A DNA stretch of 64,000 bases from a virus (lineage: Duplodnaviria; Caudoviricetes), in the IMG/VR virus record IMGVR_UViG_640069307_000003, positions 1-64,000 of that record; one strand, written 5' to 3'. A program made the position numbers and the translations under genes. The notes beneath the pieces were generated by a model. It was not told the origin of the DNA and did not search any database. It was given only the letters and a program-made list of their open reading frames with translations. Position 1 is the first letter of the stretch, and every line of letters starts with the position of its first letter. Shown in pieces: positions 8,364-15,997 of this stretch.

Positions 8364-9478
8364 AAGACAGAAGGAGCCGCATTATGACCACCGATAAGAG
8401 CCGCGCTGATGCGCTGACGGGCGACAAGCGTCAAGCACTCGGCGAAGCATTGACCGAATACTTTGCCGAACTGGATCGCGACATCGGGATCGATACGCCC
8501 GACCGAATTCTGTCCTTGATCGACTATCACGATGAGCGCTTCATCTACGACCTGATCGACCGCGTGATCGTCCCGACTATCGCCGCATCCCCTGTCGAGC
8601 AGCACGAAGCAGCGCCGGCCGGGATCGAGCCGCCACGGCACATCATCGACGCGGCAATGGATGTTGCTCGCGACCAGTATGGACATGGCGTTACCCGCGC
8701 CAGCATCGTCGCAATCTGGAAAGCGCTCGGTAGGCCATGGGCCGCCCCGCTCGAAGGCACGGGCAATGGGGCGGATGAGCGGGCGGCCTGCGAGAAAGCG
8801 TATCAGGCGACTGCTAGTAATCGTAGGACCGATGAGCTCAGCTTCGAGGCCGGATGGGAATGCGCTGTCGAATGGGCGCATGCCCGCGCCCCTCGCACTG
8901 AGGTGGCGGGAGCGGTGCCGAACCCCACGGGCGACCAACTCCGCGCGGCGGTGAGAAGCGTCGGCAGTCTCGGCACGAACCATGCCGACGCACCGCACGA
9001 ATATGTGCTCGCAGGCTGGCGCGCGGCGATGCGTGCTGCCGCACCCTCCGCAGATGCAGCGGCAGCGTCGCAGCCCGTCTCGTGCAAGTGCCGTAGGCTT
9101 GGAGACTGGGACGGCGCGCATCACCCGCTTTGCGACGGAGCAGCACCGCATCCCGCAGCAGCAGCGGGGCAAGAGGCGGTGGAACCGGTGGCGACAGGAC
9201 ACGGACTTAGCGGCATCCCGCGCGCAGCATTCGGCCCACATACCGAGGCCGATCGTATCGACCATTGCGGCGCGTGCGGCGCTGAGAACGCACCTCAGAA
9301 AGACGACGTGTGCCCGACCTGTGGTGCGACCTGCTCGCTCGTCTCGACGTGGGGAGGATTCCAGCACGAGCGCTATCGGAACGGCCAGCGCTACGCGAAC
9401 AACGGCCCGCAGTGGTGGGAAGACGGCCCGCAGCCTGCCGCCCCGACAACCGCTACTTCCCCGTCTGCCGAAGGATAA
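8360..9478 (+). CDS. Mosaic Ead/Ea22-like early protein with Cys-rich modules
   Basis: Ala/Pro-rich linkers (PVEQHEAAPA, PRTEVAGAV) between short modules, including CKC..H..LC and CxxC..CxxC. Confidence 0.65.
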   Translation: MKDRRSRIMTTDKSRADALTGDKRQALGEALTEYFAELDRDIGIDTPDRILSLIDYHDERFIYDLIDRVIVPTIAASPVEQHEAAPAGIEPPRHIIDAAMDVARDQYGHGVTRASIVAIWKALGRPWAAPLEGTGNGADERAACEKAYQATASNRRTDELSFEAGWECAVEWAHARAPRTEVAGAVPNPTGDQLRAAVRSVGSLGTNHADAPHEYVLAGWRAAMRAAAPSADAAAASQPVSCKCRRLGDWDGAHHPLCDGAAPHPAAAAGQEAVEPVATGHGLSGIPRAAFGPHTEADRIDHCGACGAENAPQKDDVCPTCGATCSLVSTWGGFQHERYRNGQRYANNGPQWWEDGPQPAAPTTATSPSAEG

Positions 9479-9626
9479 GCGCACCGCGCCGATGGCCCAA
9501 GCTCTCAAGCTGGTTCCTTCGGCCGCAGTGCGGGCAGAACACGTAGATGCCGAACGAATCGATTCCGATTTTCTCGGCGTCGAAAGCCCATTCCTTGTGG
9601 CACTTGATGCACAGCCAAGTATTCAC
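9453..9626 (-). CDS. Small antisense zinc-ribbon protein, 57 aa
   Basis: GGAGG RBS 5 nt before GTG; CIKC...CPHC; fills the gap between two + strand genes. Confidence 0.65.
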   Translation of the reverse strand: MNTWLCIKCHKEWAFDAEKIGIDSFGIYVFCPHCGRRNQLESLGHRRGALILRQTGK

Positions 9627-9656
9627 GACGACCTCCGAAGGCCGGAAGGACAGGAA

Positions 9657-10184
9657 ATGAACGATAGGACAAACCCGGTGGAAAGCAAGGCCGCGCAGGC
9701 AGCGGAACCGGTCACGCAATGGCAATACCGGACGAAGGTTACGACCGGCGTGTGGTCGCACTGGCACAACTGCAAGGAAGCTCAGGCGCAGCGGCTCCGT
9801 GAACCGGAATATGCGACATACAACCAAGTACGCGCGCTCTACGACACCCCGCGGCCTACGGCGCAGGCAGACTATCGAGGCGAAGATGCCTACGTCACGA
9901 AACGTCTGTCGGAGGCACTGGCCAGCGTCTACACAACGCTCATCGGCGACGACAAGGCGGACGTAGACGAGAACATGAACGCATTCGAGCGCGTCGAGCG
10001 GGCCGCTCAGGTGATCCGCCTCGAAGTAGAGCTTTATCGCGGACAGGCAGACGCTCGGGAGGGGCTGACGGCCGACGACGTGAGCGAATTGAAGGGCATG
10101 ACGAGCGATCCGCGCCTGTTTGAAGCCGAGCGCGAGGCTATCCGAAAGGCTGTTGCCCTTCTCCAAGGAGCCAACCAGTCATGA
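9657..10184 (+). CDS. Mosaic early phage protein
   Basis: AGGA RBS; start MNDRTNPVES; linker motifs AEPV / QADAREGLT. Confidence 0.6.
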   Translation: MNDRTNPVESKAAQAAEPVTQWQYRTKVTTGVWSHWHNCKEAQAQRLREPEYATYNQVRALYDTPRPTAQADYRGEDAYVTKRLSEALASVYTTLIGDDKADVDENMNAFERVERAAQVIRLEVELYRGQADAREGLTADDVSELKGMTSDPRLFEAEREAIRKAVALLQGANQS

Positions 10185-10336
10185 CCGAACGCACCGACGC
10201 CTACGAAGAAGGGCGAGAAGCATATCGACTCGGGTTCAGCGATGCCGACAACCCGCATCTCAACGGCTCGGACGAATCGATGGATTGGTTTGATGGGTTC
10301 AACGATGAAGAACGCGGAGCCAACCATGCCGAATAA
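10181..10336 (+). CDS. Ribosome modulation factor (RMF)-like small protein, 51 aa
   Basis: Not in the ORF track. AAGGAG RBS and ATGA overlap; MTERTDAYEEGREAYRLGFSDADNPH...DWFDGF resembles the RMF pattern. Confidence 0.55.
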   Translation: MTERTDAYEEGREAYRLGFSDADNPHLNGSDESMDWFDGFNDEERGANHAE

Positions 10337-10862
10337 CAACGTGCTGACGGCTGGCGAGCGCAACGCGATCGAGCGCGCGATCAGCGAGGTCGAATTGTGC
10401 TGCCAGTTCTCGCTGGCAAACGAGTTGCGCGCCCTTCTCGCCGCCCATCCGGGCCAGCCGGAGCCACGCGACGCAATCGCACGCTCGAAGCGAATCCTCA
10501 TGCTGGTCGATGAGTATCACGATAACCCGACGAGCGACACGCGCACGGCCCTTCGCGTCGCGCTGATGGACGAGTTTCAACCGGAGCCGCGTGCCGAGGT
10601 GGCGGAGGAACAGCCGAGCCTCACGAACCCGCTGACGCCTTACGGCATGCTCGTCCGCGCGCTGCGCGTCGCCGCCAAAACGACGCTGAACGACATGGCG
10701 AAGCATATGCAGTGCGGTCCCGCAGCCCTGTCGGCGGTCGAATTCGGCCGCAAACCGCTCACGGACGCGATGGTTGCTGATACGGCGGCGTACTTCTCCA
10801 GCGTCGGTATCCATGACACGTTACACGCATTGAACGCCGCCCGCGCAGGAGACGCATCGTGA
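10326..10862 (+). CDS. Mosaic early protein with C-terminal XRE-type HTH
   Basis: C-terminal YGMLVRALRV...TLNDMAKHMQCGPAALSAVEFGRKPL. Confidence 0.6.
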   Translation: MPNNNVLTAGERNAIERAISEVELCCQFSLANELRALLAAHPGQPEPRDAIARSKRILMLVDEYHDNPTSDTRTALRVALMDEFQPEPRAEVAEEQPSLTNPLTPYGMLVRALRVAAKTTLNDMAKHMQCGPAALSAVEFGRKPLTDAMVADTAAYFSSVGIHDTLHALNAARAGDAS

Positions 10863-11224
10863 GCAAATACGGAAAACTCGCCGCGCCGTCGATAACGGAC
10901 GGCATCATCCGGACTTCGCGCGGGCGCGCCTACGTGCTCAGTGACTGGCCTGACGGCGGCCGGCCGACCGATCATTTCGATCAAGGTCGGTGGGCGGACT
11001 GCCTGCACGCATGCCTGTTCGCGGCATCGCTGCGCGGAATCCCCGCGGATATCGAGGACGACGGCCCGGTGCACGAACTCTCGCACCTCGTCTGCGGCAT
11101 CCCGATCTGCACCCACAACACGATGGAGAATCTTCGCGAGCAGGTACACGAGCTGGAGCTTTTCGTATCAGACTTCGTATCGCGCGCCGGGCTGAATCCC
11201 GCTCCGGCAGGGAGAGGAGCATGA
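10859..11224 (+). CDS. Hypothetical phage protein
   Basis: GTGA and ATGA overlaps on both ends. Confidence 0.55.
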   Translation: MSKYGKLAAPSITDGIIRTSRGRAYVLSDWPDGGRPTDHFDQGRWADCLHACLFAASLRGIPADIEDDGPVHELSHLVCGIPICTHNTMENLREQVHELELFVSDFVSRAGLNPAPAGRGA

Positions 11225-11544
11225 GCAAGCGATTCGAGTTCGAGCGGTTCGACGTGCGCGGGTGCGCATGCGATGAATGCGATACAGGCGTGACGCCCAG
11301 CGCAGAGTTCGATGGTGAATGGGTCAAGGCGCAAGCCGCGCTCGACCGCGAGGCCGTATTGCAGGCGCAGATTCGCACGCTGGAAGTACAGTTGAAAGAG
11401 ACGCGCGCACGCGCACTGGATGAAGCAGCCGCCGCAATCTCGGACCACCGCCGCGCCGGGCGCGAATGGGTTCCAGCGAGCTTTTGGGCGAACGTCACGA
11501 ACGAGGCAGCCGCGCGCATCCGCGCACTGAAGGAGGCGAAGTGA
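11221..11544 (+). CDS. Hypothetical phage protein
   Basis: GGAG RBS; start MSKRFEFERF; coupled overlaps. Confidence 0.6.
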   Translation: MSKRFEFERFDVRGCACDECDTGVTPSAEFDGEWVKAQAALDREAVLQAQIRTLEVQLKETRARALDEAAAAISDHRRAGREWVPASFWANVTNEAAARIRALKEAK

Positions 11545-11990
11545 GAGAACTGGAACCCTGCCCTACCTGCGGTTCGGGCGACGTCGGCGGCGCGAGCGGC
11601 ATCGTGCATTGCTATCGGTGCAAGGCTGAAATGCGCGCCGCCACCACGCCGGAAGCAGCCGAGCGCTGGAACATTCGCGCGGTTTTCATCCGCCACGGGT
11701 TCATCATCCCGACGGACAGCGAAGCCATCTATAGGGCTGCGCGCGCGTTGCTTGAACACGACCGCGAGCGGCGCGGCAATCCGGGCGAGGATGCCATGCA
11801 GACGGCGGCGCGCGACCTTCCCGACGGCTACGAGCTGCGCGTGTGCCTCGAACGCGGCGCGGGATGGGTAGAGTTTTATGCGCCGGATGGCGAAGCAGTC
11901 GATCTGGCGGACGATACCGATGACGGCATGACCGGGCGCATCCGCAGCGCGACCCAAGCCGCCATCGAGCACGCAAAGGAGCGGACATGA
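11541..11990 (+). CDS. Lar-family restriction-alleviation-like zinc ribbon fused to a second module
   Basis: ELEPCPTCGS...HCYRCKA...EAAERWNIRA pattern; AAGGAGG RBS with GTG start. Confidence 0.6.
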   Translation: MRELEPCPTCGSGDVGGASGIVHCYRCKAEMRAATTPEAAERWNIRAVFIRHGFIIPTDSEAIYRAARALLEHDRERRGNPGEDAMQTAARDLPDGYELRVCLERGAGWVEFYAPDGEAVDLADDTDDGMTGRIRSATQAAIEHAKERT

Positions 11991-12196
11991 GCATCGTCTA
12001 TACCGCCGACGTGTTTTGTGATGGCGACGACTGCTCGCAATGGACGAACGGCGTAACTGGCGTGAAGCCGCCTGAGAAATGGCGTGCTCGCGAGCGGGCG
12101 CAGCACGAACGGTGGATTCACGTCGGCGGGAAAGACTACTGCCCCGCATGCGCAAAGGTGCGCGGCCTGCTGCCGGTAAAGGATGCAGCGCAATGA
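11987..12196 (+). CDS. Small zinc-binding phage protein
   Basis: VFCDGDDC...GKDYCPAC; AGGAG RBS. Confidence 0.6.
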   Translation: MSIVYTADVFCDGDDCSQWTNGVTGVKPPEKWRARERAQHERWIHVGGKDYCPACAKVRGLLPVKDAAQ

Positions 12197-12372
12197 AGCG
12201 TGAGCCGGTCTACGAGGGCGGGCGGCTGACCGGACACAATGTCCACTACCCGCCCTCATACATCACCGTGCGCGACATACGCGGGTACGAATCGCTGATT
12301 CAGGTGAGGCCCGCACGGACGGTTTTCGAACCGGTCGAGCGCCAGAGCAGCATGTTTGACGACGAGGAGTGA
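12193..12372 (+). CDS. Hypothetical phage protein
   Basis: ATGA overlap; start MKREPVY. Confidence 0.45.
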   Translation: MKREPVYEGGRLTGHNVHYPPSYITVRDIRGYESLIQVRPARTVFEPVERQSSMFDDEE

Positions 12373-12659
12373 CCATGCCGAAAGGACGGCGGATTTACGG
12401 CGTGTTCGCCAACACGTCATACGAGGGCGGCGATATCGTCTGCTCGTTCGATAGCGAAGACGACGCCAAGGCGTTCGCGCAGAAGTGCCGCGACTACGAA
12501 GAAAAGCGCCCTGCCATGCTCGACGCTGACGCGACTGACGCGGACTGGGATGCGTACATCAAGCGCAATGCGAACTGGGAGAAGCGGCACCCCGCGCGCC
12601 CGTATTTCATGCGCGATTACGCCGTTGCTCCATTCCCGCATCACACGAAGAAGGATTGA
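12369..12659 (+). CDS. Hypothetical phage protein
   Basis: GAGGAG RBS; coupled. Confidence 0.6.
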   Translation: MTMPKGRRIYGVFANTSYEGGDIVCSFDSEDDAKAFAQKCRDYEEKRPAMLDADATDADWDAYIKRNANWEKRHPARPYFMRDYAVAPFPHHTKKD

Positions 12660-12896
12660 ATGACCTACATGGCACGTAATCAACGCGACACGCCGCCGCT
12701 GAAGGACGGCGAATACTGGGCGACCTGTAAAGAGCGCAGCCCGATGGCGGCGATTTTGAACGGGCATGGCGCAGTCTTCCCTCAATCTCGAATGACGGTG
12801 CGCGATGGATGGGCCTATTTCATGAGGGACGGCAAAGAGGTGTGGCGATGCAACGCCCGCTATGCCGCATTCAATTTCACGATTCAGGACGCTTGA
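12660..12896 (+). CDS. Hypothetical phage protein
   Basis: Directly follows the upstream stop. Confidence 0.55.
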   Translation: MTYMARNQRDTPPLKDGEYWATCKERSPMAAILNGHGAVFPQSRMTVRDGWAYFMRDGKEVWRCNARYAAFNFTIQDA

Positions 12897-13210
12897 TGAA
12901 GAAACCGTATCTGGTCGAAATGACCTTCACGATTGCCGTCATGGCAAACGACGAGAATCACGCCGCCGAGGTCGCGGAAGAGCATGCGTGCGAGGCTGTG
13001 ACGCATGGTGACATTCCGCCAACCGCCGGCTCGATCGATCTGCTCGACCGGCTAGATAAGCTGCGCGATGGATGGACAGGCGACTGCGTGCCCTACGGGG
13101 CCGACGACGACGCAGACTTGAAGATCCTCATCGCCGAACAAACCGGCGGCCCGGCTGGCACGCTCGACACTCACACGATTGACATGTTCAAGGAGCAAGT
13201 AGCGGCATGA
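12896..13210 (+). CDS. Hypothetical phage protein
   Basis: TGATG overlap; start MKKPYLVEM. Confidence 0.6.
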   Translation: MKKPYLVEMTFTIAVMANDENHAAEVAEEHACEAVTHGDIPPTAGSIDLLDRLDKLRDGWTGDCVPYGADDDADLKILIAEQTGGPAGTLDTHTIDMFKEQVAA

Positions 13211-13521
13211 AAGTATCCGAAATGAGCGGCGCATCGCTCAACTACTGGGTTGCTCGCGCGGAAGGCGTAGACCACGCCATCGCCACGCGCGACGCGATGA
13301 ACTACCGCCCATCGGAAGTCTGGTCGCAGGGCGGGCCGATTATCGATCGCGAGCGGATTACGGTAAACGCGTGGCAGGATGGGTCCGGCGAATGGACAGC
13401 AGACGTTGAGCGCGCAACGGGCCCGATCGCTGCCTACGGCGGAAAAACCGCGCTCATCGCCGCGATGCGCGCCTACGTAGCTTCCAAATTCGGCGAGGAG
13501 GTTCCCGATGCAGGTATCTGA
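13207..13521 (+). CDS. NinX/DUF2591-family protein (copy 1)
   Basis: LNYWVARAEG...WSQGGPII...ALIAAMRAYVASKFGEEVPD. Confidence 0.75.
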   Translation: MKVSEMSGASLNYWVARAEGVDHAIATRDAMNYRPSEVWSQGGPIIDRERITVNAWQDGSGEWTADVERATGPIAAYGGKTALIAAMRAYVASKFGEEVPDAGI

Positions 13522-13879
13522 ACTGACGGGCGCAATGCTCGATTACTGGGTTGCGCGCGGATGGGAACTGACGGACCCGGTTATCGGAAGCGATGACGTG
13601 TGCCGCGTGCTCGTGAAGCCCGCGTTTGAATCGCAGCCGCGTCGCGTGAACTACCTGCCGTCGTCCTCGTGGGTGGATGGCGGGCCGATCATTGAACTCG
13701 GCCACATATCCGTCCGCTGGATCGACGATGAGACGCTTTACGGCCAGCCTGTGCCGCCGCACTGGGTAGCCGAGCACCCGAGCGTCAACTATGGGATCGA
13801 GGGCGCTACGGCGCTGGAAGCCGCGATGCGCGTCTACGTCGCCAGCAAGTTCGGCGACACCGTACCCGACAACGAATAA
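13508..13879 (+). CDS. NinX/DUF2591-family protein (copy 2)
   Basis: LDYWVARG...WVDGGPII...ALEAAMRVYVASKFGDTVPD; paralogue of the upstream gene. Confidence 0.75.
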   Translation: MQVSELTGAMLDYWVARGWELTDPVIGSDDVCRVLVKPAFESQPRRVNYLPSSSWVDGGPIIELGHISVRWIDDETLYGQPVPPHWVAEHPSVNYGIEGATALEAAMRVYVASKFGDTVPDNE

Positions 13880-13913
13880 CCACCGCCCACCGGGCACAAC
13901 CGAGGGAATACCA

Positions 13914-14183
13914 ATGAGAACGACCATTACGGCCGCTATGCTGGCCTGTGCCGCGCTGACCGCGTGCGGGCACCAACCGGTAGTCGAGAACAACGAAATC
14001 GGCTACATGAGCCGTCAGGAAGTCTCAGCAGCCATCGCCGACTGCGAGAGCGCCGGGCAGCGCGCGAGCGTGATCTATGCAAAGGCCGACTGGCGCGGCA
14101 AAAAGGTTCCGGTGCCGGTCGATGTGCAATGCGCTCCGCGCGGGCCGGGCAACTATCGTATCGGCCTGCAACGCGACGAATAG
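13914..14183 (+). CDS. Putative lipoprotein
   Basis: GAGGG RBS; signal peptide with lipobox LTAC. Confidence 0.65.
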   Translation: MRTTITAAMLACAALTACGHQPVVENNEIGYMSRQEVSAAIADCESAGQRASVIYAKADWRGKKVPVPVDVQCAPRGPGNYRIGLQRDE

Positions 14184-14242
14184 CCGCCAGCGCGGCATAG
14201 CCTTCCGGGCACTCCCCTGCATAAGGGCAGCGCCATTCTTTA

Positions 14243-14425
14243 TTATTCGAGCGCGGTTTTCACGAGCACGGCGAGGCGCAGATATTCGCCGACCCACTTC
14301 GGAAATTTCGAGCGGCCGGACACCCATCGGCTAACAGTCGTAGGATCGACGCCAAGGCGGCGCGCGAACTCGGCTTGCGACCACCCGAGCACGGCGAGGG
14401 AGTGAGATAAATCAGAAGCTTTCAT
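14243..14425 (-). CDS. Small XRE-family HTH protein
   Basis: LGWSQAEFARRLGVDPTTVSRWVSG; divergent from the ncRNA promoter. Confidence 0.75.
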   Translation of the reverse strand: MKASDLSHSLAVLGWSQAEFARRLGVDPTTVSRWVSGRSKFPKWVGEYLRLAVLVKTALE

Positions 14426-14468
14426 GACCGCCATCTTAGCAAATTGCCGATGTTTTTCCCGGCATGTA

Positions 14469-14497
14469 TAGGCATTTCAATATTTCGCCGTTATACT
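14469..14497 (+). promoter_or_regulatory. Promoter TAGGCA-N17-TATACT, upstream of the structured RNA cluster
   Basis: Strong -10 box, 4/6 -35 box and 17-bp spacer. Confidence 0.5.
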
Positions 14498-14616
14498 GGC
14501 GACGCTTTCAGGCGAGGCGGCTAGGCCATGAGCGCATCATGGGGACGGGCCGGGCATTTCAATGCGCTGACGCCCGGCACGTTCGCGTTATCCGCCTCTC
14601 TGAAAGCACTCTCAGA

Positions 14617-14742
14617 ACGGCCGTAGCTCAGTCAGGTAGAGCGCCCCTCGTATGGGGAGCGGAGCACGCACACGGGAGCACCCGTGCTGCTATCTCCGGG
14701 TATCGGCCGGTACGCGCGTAGGTTCGAATCCTGCCGGCCGTT
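14617..14742 (+). ncRNA. tRNA-like element (Thr CGT-derived), atypical anticodon arm and ~60-nt variable-region insert
   Basis: Acceptor ACGGCCG/CGGCCGT; D arm TA-GCTC-AGTCAGGTA-GAGC; T arm GTAGG-TTCGAAT-CCTGC; anticodon arm only CCC-CTCGTAT-GGG; no encoded CCA. Confidence 0.75.
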
Positions 14743-14743
14743 C

Positions 14744-14909
14744 TGAGGGTGAATGCGCAGGCTGATGCGCGCGCAACGGATTAGTGCTCAGGGCTTCATA
14801 TTCGCCGGCCGTCGGCCGGAGGTTCGGACCTAGCCCGCCCGAGGTATCCGCCCCGTGTGGTATTGGAAATCTAGATAAGGAATGCCGGGATCAGCTCCGG
14901 CCACTCTCA
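14744..14909 (+). ncRNA. Structured RNA motif, copy 1 (kissing-loop architecture)
   Basis: P1 TGAGGGTG/CACTCTCA; hairpin GCGCA-GGCTGA-TGCGC; hairpin GCCGG-GATCAGCT-CCGGC; loops GCTGA/TCAGC are complementary. Confidence 0.75.
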
Positions 14910-14988
14910 CATCTTCACGCATGGCGATTGCCCGTAGGTGCGAGCGCGCGGAGCACGGCGCGCAGGGCCGAACGCAAGTCGCCATGCT

Positions 14989-15142
14989 TGAGGGTGAATG
15001 CACGGGCTGACGTGCGGCGGATGGAAGCGAACCGGCGGCGACGAATGTCCTAGGCTGTACCGCGCGCGAGCGCGAGCGAAGCGGCTACGATAAAAAATCA
15101 CCGCGCCCCTATGCCGGAAGAATTCAGCACCGGCCACCCTCG
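14989..15142 (+). ncRNA. Structured RNA motif, copy 2
   Basis: P1 TGAGGGTG/CACCCTCG; hairpin GCACG-GGCTGA-CGTGC (compensatory changes versus copy 1); hairpin GCCGG-AAGAATTCAGCA-CCGGC. Confidence 0.75.
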
Positions 15143-15279
15143 ACGATCCGCATCCGTCGGAATCAATCCGAGCCGCATACACTCCTCCCCCTCCCGCCAC
15201 TTCACAATCGCGCTTGCTCGGTTGTGCCATCCCGCTTCACGGGGTAAATTCGTCAGACGGAAACAGCGGAGCGTCCCGA

Positions 15280-15996
15280 ATGGCCTCTGTGACAATCGAA
15301 TTAGGATCTGGAAAGCGCGCGACGCTGACCCGCGCGAGCGGTTCCGCCGGCGCGAACCTGTCGGCCGGTCAACGCAGCGACGTATCCGAATTGATGCTGC
15401 ACTGGCCGAAGTACGAGGGCCTGACGGCGAACGCGCGGGAATACCTGCGCCAACTGGGCCTAGACGCGCTCCAAGGCGCGCCGCTCGATGCGCTCAGGTC
15501 CGCCATCGAAGAAGGTCGCGTTGCGGTCGAAATCAGCCGCCATGTGGTCGGCGGCGGCGCGTCTGGTGGTCAGCCCTCAACCCCACCTTTCCCGCGGGCC
15601 AGCAGGCTCGCCAGCGTGCCGGGAGTGGCCTCGCTGCCGGTGGACAAGCCTCTCCCAAGTTGGGCCACGCCGAGCGACGTGTCGGCAGGCGAACTGATAA
15701 GCTATTTGGAGAGCGTCGTAGGCGGGGCTGGCGCTACCCTTGCCGATTCCGCGTCCGGGCTGGTTGACGGCACGCCGCTCGGCGACGCTGCACCGTTCTC
15801 GCTGGATGATTCGCCACTGGGTGACGTACTAAACGTGGCGGCCGTGGACCCGTTCCAAGAAGAACAGTGCTTCGCGCGATACGAAATCGACATGGAAATG
15901 TGCGCGGCGGCCGGCGCAATGTACAAAGACCCACGGACCTACGCGCTATGCTCGCAGCGGGCCTTCGACAAATACCAGACTTGCAGAGGAATGTGA
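15280..15996 (+). CDS. Hypothetical protein, possible polymorphic-toxin-like architecture with Cys-rich C-terminal domain
   Basis: GGAG RBS, start MASVTIELG; low-complexity linker TPLGDAAPF; C-terminal C-x10-C-x13-C-x10-C. Confidence 0.55.
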   Translation: MASVTIELGSGKRATLTRASGSAGANLSAGQRSDVSELMLHWPKYEGLTANAREYLRQLGLDALQGAPLDALRSAIEEGRVAVEISRHVVGGGASGGQPSTPPFPRASRLASVPGVASLPVDKPLPSWATPSDVSAGELISYLESVVGGAGATLADSASGLVDGTPLGDAAPFSLDDSPLGDVLNVAAVDPFQEEQCFARYEIDMEMCAAAGAMYKDPRTYALCSQRAFDKYQTCRGM

Positions 15997-15997
15997 C

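Noticed and set aside
14617-14742. Calling this a normal tRNA-Thr gene
   Set aside because: The anticodon stem is only 3-4 bp, the variable region is about 60 nt and there is no CCA. It is reported as tRNA-like instead.
14744-15142. Twister or HDV-like (theta) ribozyme, suggested by AATGCCGG, GAGGG and the position after a tRNA
   Set aside because: The twister loop and pseudoknot nucleotides and the HDV nested double-pseudoknot pattern could not be mapped by eye. Self-cleavage remains untested.
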